Assembly (NCBI GenBank): GCA_021796535.1
Contig: JAKABW010000002.1
Coordinates: 7,699 to 71,698 of the forward strand
Reading direction: 5' to 3'
Length of the DNA: 64,000 nucleotides
DNA from: Actinomycetes bacterium
GTDB taxonomy: Bacteria; Actinomycetota; Acidimicrobiia; Acidimicrobiales; Bog-793
Shown: one piece after another, positions 29,062 to 38,444 of the stretch
Layout: each line of letters starts with the position of its first letter
Position numbering within the stretch: position 1 is the stretch's first letter
The notes under the pieces: generated by a model
The model's input: the letters and a program-made list of their open reading frames with translations, nothing else
The model's database searches: none
What the model was told of the DNA's origin: nothing
Translations under genes and position numbers: made by a program

Positions 29062-31418
29062 ATTACAACCCTCAAGATCTCTTCAAGGCTGGTGTAACCC
29101 AGGGCTGCTTTGCGCAATCCGTCTTGGCGCATGGTTTGCATTCCTTGTTCAACAGCAATTTTTTGTATTTCAGATGTTTGAAGTCTGTTGATCACCGCAC
29201 GTTCGATTTCTTCCGTAATCACCATGACCTCTTGTATGGACATACGTCCGTGATAACCGGTGCCGCCGCAGGCCTGACATCCGACGGCCCGGCGGAATTT
29301 AGGTGTGATGGTATCCAGCCAACTCATATCTTGGAATCCGGCCGCCAATAAATCCTCTTCCGTCGGACTGAGAGGAGTCGCGCAGTTGTCACAGAGCACT
29401 CTGGCAAGTCTTTGCCCGAGTACGCAGTCCAAGGCCGATCCCACCAGAAACGGTTCCACTCCCATTTCGATGAGGCGCATGGGGGTACCGGCCGCATCGT
29501 TTGTGTGCAAACAGGAGAGCACCAAGTGTCCGGTCAGAGCCGCTTCAATGGCGATGGTTGCGGTGTCGCGGTCTCTTATCTCTCCTACCAGCACGACGTC
29601 GGGGTCGGAGCGCAAGATGGAGCGCAGTGCGCTTGCAAAGCTGAGTCCGGCTTTGGGGTTTACCTGTACCTGATTGATGCCGCGCATTTGGTATTCAACG
29701 GGATCTTCTACCGTAATTAAATTGCGCTCTGCCGTGTTCAGTTTTGACAGGGTGGCATACAAAGTGGTTGATTTTCCGGACCCGGTCGGTCCCGTTACCA
29801 AAATGGTGCCGTAAGGTTTTTTGTAGGAGGATTCATAGCGTTTCAGTACGTCTGGTTGGAAACCGAGTCTTTCCAAGTCCAGCACCACAGCCGTTTTGTC
29901 CAGGACCCTCAAGGCCACCTTTTCGCCGTGAACGGTCGGAAGGGTGGCGACCCGCAGATCTATTTCCTTGCTGCCCACGCGCAGAGAAATACGTCCGTCC
30001 TGCGGTATGCGGTGTTCGGCTATGTCCAAGTCAGCCATAATTTTTAGTCGGCTGACAACCCCTGCGTGGATGGCTTTTGGCGCCGATGTGATGTGGTGCA
30101 AAACACCGTCGATCCGGAATCTGACCTGAATATTGTCTACCGAAGGCTCCAAGTGAATGTCAGATGCCCTTTGGTTGAGGGCTTGCTTGAGGATCAAATT
30201 GACGAATTTTACTATGGGGGCATCGTCCACCACGCTCAGGAGGTTATTGAGATCCGGAGCTTGTTGTTCCGATTCCACGGTCAGTGCGGCATTTTGGGCA
30301 AAAAGATCCGCTTCTGCCGTTTGCTGGTAGAAGCGGCTGATGTAGTTGTCTATTTGATCTGCTTTGCAGACCACGGCTTCAATTTGGCCGCCTATGATTG
30401 TTCTCACGTCGTCCATGGCAAAGACGTCCATAGGGTTGGCCATGGCTATGACCGGTTTGTCGGCATGAAAACCTATGCCCAACACTTTATAACGGCGTGC
30501 CGGGGCTTCCGGGATAAGATCCACCGCCCGCTTGTCTATTTCCCATGAGTTTAAGTCGACAAACTTAAAGCCGGCTTCAACCGCCGTGGCTCTCATCAAG
30601 TCGTCTTCTGTGACAAATTTTTTGTTCAACAAAATGTCTCTCAGCGAGTGCCCCGTGGAGTCTTTTTCGGCGACGGCTGCTTTCATGTCCTCTTCCGATA
30701 CCGTACCCCACTCAAGCAGAATTTTTTCAAGGGTGGGCTTGGCTTCTTTCGTTGGGGAAGGCATGTCGATGTCGTCGAAAGTAAGTTCGGCTCCGGTACC
30801 CATCACATTGGGCGACATTACGGGTACCGCATTCGCATTGAGGATTGCTTCCTCGGGTTCTTCTCCAAGGAAGTCCTGATTCATGGGCTGGCTCTTCAGG
30901 ATAAAGTCGGCTATGGCGTTGGAAGCCTGGCTGTCGACGGACATTCCGAAATCGCTTTCCGATGTCTTTGAAGTCGTGGTGCTGGTTTCAAACTTGGCTA
31001 TGGTCGCGTTGGCAATCGGATTTGACTGACTTGATTGCTGCGGTTGATAGAGGTGTCCCAGATATTGGGCAATCTGGCTTTTGGCGGCGACGACGACTCT
31101 TATGTCACCGCCTACGGCGGCCCTGATGTCATCCAAAGTCAATACATTTTCGGGCGAGGCTATTGCCACCACCGGTATTCCTCTTTCCCACCCGATGGGG
31201 GCGACAAGGTGGCGTTTGGCAAATTGTTCGGGTAGCACGGCAGCTCTTGGCTGTGGTCCCGCTGCTGAGGAGGACGAGGAAAATTTGTTCAGATCAACAA
31301 ACTCGAGACCAGCTATACGCGCCAAGGCTTTGCCTTCTTCGATTTCTGCCTGAGGAGTTGGGTTGAGCTTGGTATCCGCCACGGCTAACCCACTTCCCAA
31401 GAAATCTTCAGGCACCAC
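29058..31418 (-). CDS. pilB: Extension ATPase PilB with two N-terminal T2SSE_N-like domains
   Basis: ASDIH, PQDGRI, GPTGSGKST, DPDVVLVGEIRD and Zn motif CDNC..CQAC; GTG start after AAGGAG. Confidence 0.95.
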   Translation of the reverse strand: MVPEDFLGSGLAVADTKLNPTPQAEIEEGKALARIAGLEFVDLNKFSSSSSAAGPQPRAAVLPEQFAKRHLVAPIGWERGIPVVAIASPENVLTLDDIRAAVGGDIRVVVAAKSQIAQYLGHLYQPQQSSQSNPIANATIAKFETSTTTSKTSESDFGMSVDSQASNAIADFILKSQPMNQDFLGEEPEEAILNANAVPVMSPNVMGTGAELTFDDIDMPSPTKEAKPTLEKILLEWGTVSEEDMKAAVAEKDSTGHSLRDILLNKKFVTEDDLMRATAVEAGFKFVDLNSWEIDKRAVDLIPEAPARRYKVLGIGFHADKPVIAMANPMDVFAMDDVRTIIGGQIEAVVCKADQIDNYISRFYQQTAEADLFAQNAALTVESEQQAPDLNNLLSVVDDAPIVKFVNLILKQALNQRASDIHLEPSVDNIQVRFRIDGVLHHITSAPKAIHAGVVSRLKIMADLDIAEHRIPQDGRISLRVGSKEIDLRVATLPTVHGEKVALRVLDKTAVVLDLERLGFQPDVLKRYESSYKKPYGTILVTGPTGSGKSTTLYATLSKLNTAERNLITVEDPVEYQMRGINQVQVNPKAGLSFASALRSILRSDPDVVLVGEIRDRDTATIAIEAALTGHLVLSCLHTNDAAGTPMRLIEMGVEPFLVGSALDCVLGQRLARVLCDNCATPLSPTEEDLLAAGFQDMSWLDTITPKFRRAVGCQACGGTGYHGRMSIQEVMVITEEIERAVINRLQTSEIQKIAVEQGMQTMRQDGLRKAALGYTSLEEILRVVI

Positions 31419-31543
31419 TTAAATACTCTCCTTAATGACATAGTGACATCAATTGTACTTCTGAAAACAGCTTATATGACCTTATGCTTCGGTATATTTT
31501 GCGATTTGCGTTATAAATCTAGTTCAAAAATTCAATAATTGCG

Positions 31544-31589
31544 CTTTCTTATATTTAAATAATTTACTTTCTTATATTTAAATAATTTA
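31544..31589. repeat. Perfect 23-bp tandem duplication in the pilB/pilD divergent promoter region
   Basis: CTTTCTTATATTTAAATAATTTA twice (31544-31566 and 31567-31589). Confidence 0.95.
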
Positions 31590-31865
31590 AATTTGGAAGT
31601 ATTCTTTTGACTGAAGTCAGTGAACACCCCCAAACTTCACTACGATTGAGAATACACTATTTTTAAACTATTGCAAGTCTTTTTAGTATTTTTTCTGCAG
31701 GCCGGATATCTGTCCATTGTGTCCGTCCCGTAGGTATGATCTTCGGTATGGTTAGGGCATGAATCGCGTTACTCCGGTTGCAAATCCAGTGCTTTTACTG
31801 CCGAATTTATGTTATTTTCTCCAATAAGGACAATTGGCACTTTGACAATTGCTAGATTTTTTACA

Positions 31866-32636
31866 ATGGGTTTTCTGGTCGGTGTATTCGTATTCTTGCT
31901 CGGTGCCTCCCTGGGCTCTTTTGCCAGTGTGGTGGCTTACCGCTTACCGTTGGGGGAGTCCATAGTACAGCCGGGGTCACGTTGTCCCAATTGTAAAGGG
32001 GCTATTCCGTTTCGTTACAACATTCCCGTCGCCGGATACATTTTGACAAAAGGAAAATGTTCTTTATGTGATGAAAAAATCAGTGTCCGCTATTTGTTTT
32101 TGGAGATTTTTGCGGGTTTGATATTTGTTTTCATAGATCTGCGTTTGTCGAATCACTGGCTCTGGCCCGCGTATTTTGTCTTGGCTGCGGCTCTTCTTAT
32201 TGTGTCCATGATAGACATGCAGACCATGACCATTCCGCGCAAAGTGCTCTATCCGACGTTTTTGTTCGGCTTTTTGTGGCTTTTGGTGATCGCCGGCGCA
32301 GAAAATGACTTTTCTGCTTTCATGCGCTGTGTCGTCAGCGGATTGTGTGTTTTTCTCTTTTTTTTCCTTATATATGTAGCAACACCCAAGGGCATCGGCT
32401 TTGGCGACATCAGGCTGATGTGGGTCTCGGCATTTTTTGTGGGCTGGCTGGGGTACAGGGTAGTTTTAGTATCCGTATTGCTGGGTTTTTTTCTGGCCGG
32501 TCTGTGGGCCGCCGGCTTGCTTGCCGCCAGAAAAGTATCGGTCAAGAGTAAATTGCCGATGGGTCCTTTTTTGTCTCTGGGAATAGTGTCGGCTGTTTTG
32601 TACGGTCAGGCGATAGTGAAATTTTGGTGGCGCTGA
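31866..32636 (+). CDS. pilD: Prepilin peptidase/N-methyltransferase
   Basis: GSF..VVAYRLP, SRCPNC, GKCSLC, SMID, GFGDIRL and PMGPFL motifs; start at 31866 rather than 31809. Confidence 0.95.
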   Translation: MGFLVGVFVFLLGASLGSFASVVAYRLPLGESIVQPGSRCPNCKGAIPFRYNIPVAGYILTKGKCSLCDEKISVRYLFLEIFAGLIFVFIDLRLSNHWLWPAYFVLAAALLIVSMIDMQTMTIPRKVLYPTFLFGFLWLLVIAGAENDFSAFMRCVVSGLCVFLFFFLIYVATPKGIGFGDIRLMWVSAFFVGWLGYRVVLVSVLLGFFLAGLWAAGLLAARKVSVKSKLPMGPFLSLGIVSAVLYGQAIVKFWWR

Positions 32637-32759
32637 TCCGGTATTTTCGCACTCTCTGTTTGCAAAAGCGTGCGTTTTGCAAACAGAGATCGACAGAGAG
32701 TTTTTTGGTTTTTGCTTTGGTCGTCGCAAAAAGTCGGTGTCCGAACTTTTTGCAAGGCA

Positions 32760-33857
32760 TCAAATGACCGAGATGGCCATGCCCTCTTTCCTGAGCATTA
32801 CCCTCAAGTCTTGCGGCACGGGGGCGTTGGCAATGGCTTGTTCCGTGTCGATGACTCCTTTTTTCAAAAGATCCAGAAGCGACTGGGCGAAAGACTGCAT
32901 GCCGTAGTATTCGCCTTCGTTGACGATTTCCGGGATGACGCTGGTGCGTCCCGGATCGAGGATGCACTGCTGAATTCGACCGTTGACAACCATAATTTCC
33001 AGAGCCGGAACCCTTCCTTTTCCGTCCGCTCTCGGTACCAGGCGTTGGCAAATCGTTCCCCTGAGGGAGCCCGCCAGCGACAGCCTTGCCTGCTGTTGCC
33101 GGTTTTCCGGGAAAAAGTCGATAATTCTGTTGATTGTCTCGACGGAGTCGATCGTGTGTAGGGTTGAGAGTACCAAGTGACCGGTTTCCGCGGCAGTCAA
33201 AGCCGTGGCCACGGTTTCCGGGTCCCTCATTTCTCCGATAAGAATGATATCCGGATCTTCTCTCAGGGATGATCTGAGGGCCGTGATGAAACTTTCCGTG
33301 TCGAAGCCCACCTCACGTTGATTGATGGCGGCCAATTCATCTCTGTGAAGTATTTCTATGGGGTCCTCAATGGTGACGATGTGGCATTCTCGCGTTTTGT
33401 TGATGTGTCCTATCATGGCACCGAGCGTGGTGGTTTTTCCGGATCCCGTCGGACCGGTCACGAGTACAATACCGTTTTTTTCTTCCGACAATTTTCTGAC
33501 TACCGTCGGCAGACCGAGCTCGTCAAGTGTTTTGGTGCTTGAGTTAACGCGTCTGAATACCATGCCTATGGAGCCGCGCTGGCGGAAAGCGTTAACCCTG
33601 AAACGTCCCAGATGGGGGACGGAGTAAGCAAAGTCACATTCGTGGTGGGCTTCAAAATTTGCCCAGAGCTTGGCATGCATGATTCCTTGTGCAAGCGGAA
33701 CCATGTCTTCTGCTTGGATGATCGACTCCTGGTTCAGGCGCATCAGATCGCCGTTGATCCTCATCCTGGGAGGAGAACCCACCTTTATGTGAAGGTCGGA
33801 TCCCTCCACCTCAATCAGTTGTCCCAGTAATCTGTTCAGTGTGGCTATGTCAAGCAT
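32760..33857 (-). CDS. Second retraction ATPase (PilT/PilU family)
   Basis: GSDLH, GRFRVN, GPTGSGKTT, REDPDIILIGEMRD and TLHT; no AIRNLIRE motif. Confidence 0.9.
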   Translation of the reverse strand: MLDIATLNRLLGQLIEVEGSDLHIKVGSPPRMRINGDLMRLNQESIIQAEDMVPLAQGIMHAKLWANFEAHHECDFAYSVPHLGRFRVNAFRQRGSIGMVFRRVNSSTKTLDELGLPTVVRKLSEEKNGIVLVTGPTGSGKTTTLGAMIGHINKTRECHIVTIEDPIEILHRDELAAINQREVGFDTESFITALRSSLREDPDIILIGEMRDPETVATALTAAETGHLVLSTLHTIDSVETINRIIDFFPENRQQQARLSLAGSLRGTICQRLVPRADGKGRVPALEIMVVNGRIQQCILDPGRTSVIPEIVNEGEYYGMQSFAQSLLDLLKKGVIDTEQAIANAPVPQDLRVMLRKEGMAISVI

Positions 33858-34233
33858 TTCCGCCCCTATTTTTAGTGCCGCTTTCTTGGGTTATCGTAAC
33901 AGTTTAGACCTATACAGGCAATGAAACAACCCCTTATCGATACAATATCACTACTTTACGCTTGCAAAAGTAATTTTTTATTTTCTGAATTTCCCTTCAT
34001 ATAAATGTGATTTTTTCACCGTTTCTGCCCTTCTTATTCCCATATTGAGTTTTTAAGTTTTTTCAACCGATTATCGAAATCTGTGCGGGCGACCCGGATT
34101 TTTGTGTTTTTACAGCCAAGCATCTTGTCCCGGCGGCTTTTCTCACAGTCCTCATATTTACAAGAATACAGTTCAGCTTTCCGTCAATGACAAAATTATC
34201 TACGGAAAGTATAAATTAAACCCCTCTGAGTGA

Positions 34234-34285
34234 TTGACAATAAAATTTTGTGGCATAGAATGGAGTGAAGTAGAGAAAAGTGGAG
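34234..34285 (+). promoter_or_regulatory. dcw promoter with MraZ-binding direct repeats
   Basis: TTGACA (34234)-16 bp-TAGAAT (34256); GTGGCA, ATGGAG, GTAGAG, GTGGAG at 34250, 34260, 34270, 34280 (10-bp period). Confidence 0.8.
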
Positions 34286-34330
34286 TAAAATATCAAAAAT
34301 TCTTATGAATTTTGAGAAAGGGGGTAAGCG

Positions 34331-34744
34331 TTGCCGGAGAGTGTGCAATTCCTTGGTCGATATGACCACTGTCTGGATGCGAAAAGCAGGCTTATCCTCC
34401 CCGCTAAGCTCCGGCCGATGTTTGGCAATATAGCCTTTTTGACACGCCACCACGAATTTTGTATAGCGGTTTGGCGTGAAGAAGAATTTAAAGCCGAATT
34501 GGAAAAAAAGCAGAGTCTTCTCTCGCAGGATGCCGGAGCCAGAAATTTGGTCCGTGCTTGGTCCGCATCGGTAGTCGAACAAGATATCGACAAGCAATGG
34601 CGGGTTCTGATTCCACAGGAACTGCGTAAATATGCGCGTTTGCAAAACGAATTAATAGTCGTGGGGGTTATTGACCATGTCGAGATATGGTCTCCCGAAT
34701 TATGGCAGGAACAAGTCGGAGTTTTGGAAGAGCAAGTGCTATGA
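34331..34744 (+). CDS. mraZ: Division/cell wall cluster transcriptional repressor MraZ
   Basis: FLGRY...LDAKSRLILP, DIDKQWRVLIP..LR.YA and VGVIDHVEIW motifs. Confidence 0.93.
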   Translation: MPESVQFLGRYDHCLDAKSRLILPAKLRPMFGNIAFLTRHHEFCIAVWREEEFKAELEKKQSLLSQDAGARNLVRAWSASVVEQDIDKQWRVLIPQELRKYARLQNELIVVGVIDHVEIWSPELWQEQVGVLEEQVL

Positions 34745-34847
34745 TTCGACCCCTTTTCCCTTGTTGCGTGTACGCGAGGACGTCCGATCAAAGGATGCCC
34801 CTTTGTCTTTTCGGACCAGTCCTCTTATGTCGGATCGGGCGGGCATC

Positions 34848-35834
34848 ATGGGCGTAGATATTTTGCATATTCCCGTAATGGCAAAAGAGGTAATCGAGTT
34901 TTTGCCGCCTGTCACGGAGGGAATTTTTATTGACGCAACGGTCGGGTTCGGAGGGCACGCAAAAGAAATTCTCTCCGAATATCCACGGGTTGTTTTGGTC
35001 GGCATCGACAGGGATCCGGAAGCCGTCACAACGGCGACGGAGAATTTGCGTGGGTTCCAAAACAGGGCAATCGTCCTGCACGGGCGTTACGACGAAGAGG
35101 GCATATTCGAAAAAGCAATTGTCTCGGCAAATGAAATCGCCGGAAGACCGGGAAAGGCTCCGGAGGTAATGGCGGTTCTTTTTGACTTGGGTGTGAACTC
35201 GTATCAATTGGACGAAGCGGGCAGAGGATTTTCTTACATGAAATCAGGCTCTCTTGACATGCGTATGGATACTTCAAAAGGAGAGACGGCTTCTGAATTT
35301 TTACAGAAAGTCTCGTTTGAGGACCTGAAAGCCTTGCTCTATGCCAACGGGGAATACAAATATGCCGGGAAACTGGCAAAAGAAATTATTGCCTGCAGGC
35401 CTGTAAAAACCACGGAGGAGCTCAGTCAAATCGTGGAGGCTTCCATTCCCAAATCCATGAGAAGGCGCGGTCATCCCGCCAAGAGAGTTTTTCAGGCCCT
35501 CAGAATCGCCGTCAACGAAGAAATAGTTTTTTTGGCCGACGCCGTGGCAAGAGCGTTCGAGGTTTTGGCAACCGGCGGAAGGCTGCTTGTGCTCAGTTAT
35601 CACTCCGGCGAGGACAGGATCATTAAAACCAGTTTCAATTTGCTTGCCGACGGAGGATGCAAATGCCCGAAGAGTCTTCCCTGTCGTTGCGGAGCGGTTA
35701 TAAAAGGAAAGCTTCTGACAAGAAGGTCTCTGACACCCGGCAAGGAAGAGATTGATCGCAACTCCCGTGCCGCGAGTGCCCGATTTAGGGCAATTGAAAA
35801 AATACAACCCATCTATCTGAAGGACTTGCCATGA
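34848..35834 (+). CDS. rsmH: 16S rRNA m4C1402 methyltransferase
   Basis: HIPVM, DATVGFGGH, DLGVNSYQLD, RGFSY, FQALRIAVN and SYHSGEDR; start estimated. Confidence 0.95.
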   Translation: MGVDILHIPVMAKEVIEFLPPVTEGIFIDATVGFGGHAKEILSEYPRVVLVGIDRDPEAVTTATENLRGFQNRAIVLHGRYDEEGIFEKAIVSANEIAGRPGKAPEVMAVLFDLGVNSYQLDEAGRGFSYMKSGSLDMRMDTSKGETASEFLQKVSFEDLKALLYANGEYKYAGKLAKEIIACRPVKTTEELSQIVEASIPKSMRRRGHPAKRVFQALRIAVNEEIVFLADAVARAFEVLATGGRLLVLSYHSGEDRIIKTSFNLLADGGCKCPKSLPCRCGAVIKGKLLTRRSLTPGKEEIDRNSRAASARFRAIEKIQPIYLKDLP

Positions 35835-36319
35835 ACTCTTACGCTCGGGACAATACGGTCAAATATCCTCTCCCGAAGGAGCTCAAATCTCCGAAAGCGG
35901 GCAAAGCGCGGATCGCATCCGTGGGGAAAGAGGAAATCAGACTCCGTGAAGCCATTTCCAAATCAAGGAAGTTGTTTGTCGCCTCTCTTGTTTTGGTGGT
36001 TTTTTCGATGTCTTGCGTCATAGCTTTCAATGCGCTGGTTTCCTCCAGACAGATACAGCTTGACATGGCGCAACAACAATTGGGCAAAGCGGTTATCGTC
36101 AATCAAAACCTCAACACCGAAAAAGCCGTTTTGAACTCTCCGGCGAGGATCGTAAAGCTGGCCCAAAACCAACTGAAAATGTCTGACCCGACGGCTAAGG
36201 CATCTTTGCGGGCCGTCAATCCGTACCTGGGAGCCGTGCGTGCGCTTCCCAAAAGCGCGGTTCCCGCGCAAAAGCAAAAAGCAGTCAAAACTAAAAAATC
36301 AAAACTAAAGAAATCGTAA
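35831..36319 (+). CDS. ftsL: Cell division protein FtsL-like
   Basis: TM plus coiled coil plus LNSPARIVKLA..LKM; lies between rsmH and ftsI. Confidence 0.75.
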   Translation: MNSYARDNTVKYPLPKELKSPKAGKARIASVGKEEIRLREAISKSRKLFVASLVLVVFSMSCVIAFNALVSSRQIQLDMAQQQLGKAVIVNQNLNTEKAVLNSPARIVKLAQNQLKMSDPTAKASLRAVNPYLGAVRALPKSAVPAQKQKAVKTKKSKLKKS

Positions 36320-36410
36320 GCGGAGGAAAAATCGTGTCGCATTATTTCGGTTCCGGGGCAAAGTATGGCTTTTATCACCCGTCTTTTGTGACCGCAACCG
36401 ACGGGAGGGC

Positions 36411-38444
36411 ATGAGTGAAAACATCCCGAAAAGCCGGAGAAGACCGGAATATGCCAAGATCCCGCCGCATGCAAAAAGCAGTTGCCGCTTGCGGGGGGAG
36501 AACAGACACGGTTCGTCAATTCGCAAACGCCGGAGCGGTGAGTCGGTGAAAAGAACGGTGCCGTCGGAAACAGGTTACAAAAGACCCGTCAGACAGTCTG
36601 ATTACCGGAGTCGAACCGGTGTTTTGTCGTCGGCGGGAAGTCCCAAAGACAGGCCCGGTCAAACGCGATCCGGAAATGGTCGTATCCCAAAACGGGCATT
36701 CGGGGAATCCAGGATTGTCAGATTCAGAGTCCTTATTTTGCTTACCTCTGTTTTGCTTGCTGCCATCTTTGCCCAATTGGTGGTGGAACAAATTGTAAGC
36801 TCTTCTTCTTATGACGTAAAAATTGCCAGTGAAATTGGCTCCAGCAGCGCAGTGCAGGCTTCAAGGGGTACGATTTATGACAGAAACGGCAATATTTTAT
36901 TTACGTCTGTGCAGTCGGAAGACGTTTACAGCGAGGACTACGCGACTTTTTCGGCATCCTCAGAAGCGGCGGAACTGTCTCCCGTTTTGAAAAAGTCCAA
37001 GTCGGTATTGATGAAAGAATTGCACGAGCCGTCCGGCTACGTCCTGCTTGCCAAAAACATCAGTTTGGGTTTGGAGCAAAAAATCTCCTCGCTGGGCTTT
37101 CCCAACATCTATTTTGAGCCCGGTCAGGTGTATGAAAATCCTTCCGGAAATCTGGTCCAGCCTTTGTTGGGCGGCGTCAGCAATTCCGGTGCCGGAAACG
37201 CCGGTCTGCAGTATCTTTACAATTCTTTTCTTGCGGGGCACAACGGTCGGGTTGCCGACCAACAGCTTGGCCCGGGTATGGTGCTCCCGAACACTTCCAA
37301 ACTGATATCGAAGCCGCGGGACGGGAAATCGCTCGTCTTGTCTTTGGATGCAAACTTGCAGGAAAAAGTAACGGCGGATCTTTCCAAGCAAATATTGGCC
37401 ACTCACGCCACGAGCGCGGTGGCCATATTCAGTGACGTCAAAACGGGGGCCATTCTCGCGATGGTCAGTCTGGTAAGAACCAAGAAAAACGTTGTCGAGC
37501 CGGCTCCCTCCAATCTGGCTCTGACATCGGTTTACGAGCCCGGTTCGGTAATGAAAATAGCTACCTTCTCCTTTGCCCTGAAAGACCATATAGTTACTCC
37601 CAATACGACGCTTTCGGTGCCTTATTCGATACAGATCGGCGGCTATACGTTTCAGGATGCCGAATACCACCCGACTCAACTTATGCCCGCCAAAGAAATT
37701 CTGGCTCAGTCTTCCAACGTGGGCACCATCAAAATCGCCTCCATGCTCGGCCCGGACAGGTTGTATCAGGCGATGAAAGCTCTCGGTTTCGGACAGTATA
37801 CCGGTCTGAACTGGCCGGGGGAGTCTCCGGGCATATTGGGCTCTCCGGCTACCTGGTACGGTTCGGATCTGGGTTCCCTCCCGATCGGCCTCGGCGAAGC
37901 CGTTACCCCCATGCAGCTGTTGGACGCTTACAATACCGTGGCCGACGGCGGAGTTTTTCGGTCTCCGCATATTCTGGACGGCGTGGTGAACGGGAAACAC
38001 ATCAGCTATCTTCCGGTCCCCAAAGGGAAGAGGGTGATGCCGAAATCGGTTGCCGCCACTCTTACAAAAATGTTTGAAGGGGTTATTCAAAACGGTACCG
38101 GCATAGCCGGTTGTGTGCCTGGTTATCTCGTTGCCGGCAAAACCGGAACGGCTCAGGTTCCCTCCAAGACTTCCGCCGGTTATATCACCGGTGACTGGAA
38201 TGCGACTTTCGTGGGTTATGCCCCAGCGCAAAATCCGGTGATTTCGGGCATGGTATTGATGCATCATTCCAATCCGATTTATGGCGGAGCGGCTTCCGCT
38301 CCCGTATTTTCCGAAGTCATGCGCTATGCGTTAGCTCATTACAACATCAGGCCACCCAAAGGCAGCAGCGGACCGGGACAGGGTCTTTGTTCGCCTGAGG
38401 GGGCAATACTTGCCAGAGCATCCGGATTGGCACTCGGACAATGA
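36411..38444 (+). CDS. ftsI: Division transpeptidase PBP3
   Basis: RGTIYDRNG, YEPGSVMK, SSNVG and GKTGTAQ; long basic N-terminal tail, start uncertain. Confidence 0.93.
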   Translation: MSENIPKSRRRPEYAKIPPHAKSSCRLRGENRHGSSIRKRRSGESVKRTVPSETGYKRPVRQSDYRSRTGVLSSAGSPKDRPGQTRSGNGRIPKRAFGESRIVRFRVLILLTSVLLAAIFAQLVVEQIVSSSSYDVKIASEIGSSSAVQASRGTIYDRNGNILFTSVQSEDVYSEDYATFSASSEAAELSPVLKKSKSVLMKELHEPSGYVLLAKNISLGLEQKISSLGFPNIYFEPGQVYENPSGNLVQPLLGGVSNSGAGNAGLQYLYNSFLAGHNGRVADQQLGPGMVLPNTSKLISKPRDGKSLVLSLDANLQEKVTADLSKQILATHATSAVAIFSDVKTGAILAMVSLVRTKKNVVEPAPSNLALTSVYEPGSVMKIATFSFALKDHIVTPNTTLSVPYSIQIGGYTFQDAEYHPTQLMPAKEILAQSSNVGTIKIASMLGPDRLYQAMKALGFGQYTGLNWPGESPGILGSPATWYGSDLGSLPIGLGEAVTPMQLLDAYNTVADGGVFRSPHILDGVVNGKHISYLPVPKGKRVMPKSVAATLTKMFEGVIQNGTGIAGCVPGYLVAGKTGTAQVPSKTSAGYITGDWNATFVGYAPAQNPVISGMVLMHHSNPIYGGAASAPVFSEVMRYALAHYNIRPPKGSSGPGQGLCSPEGAILARASGLALGQ

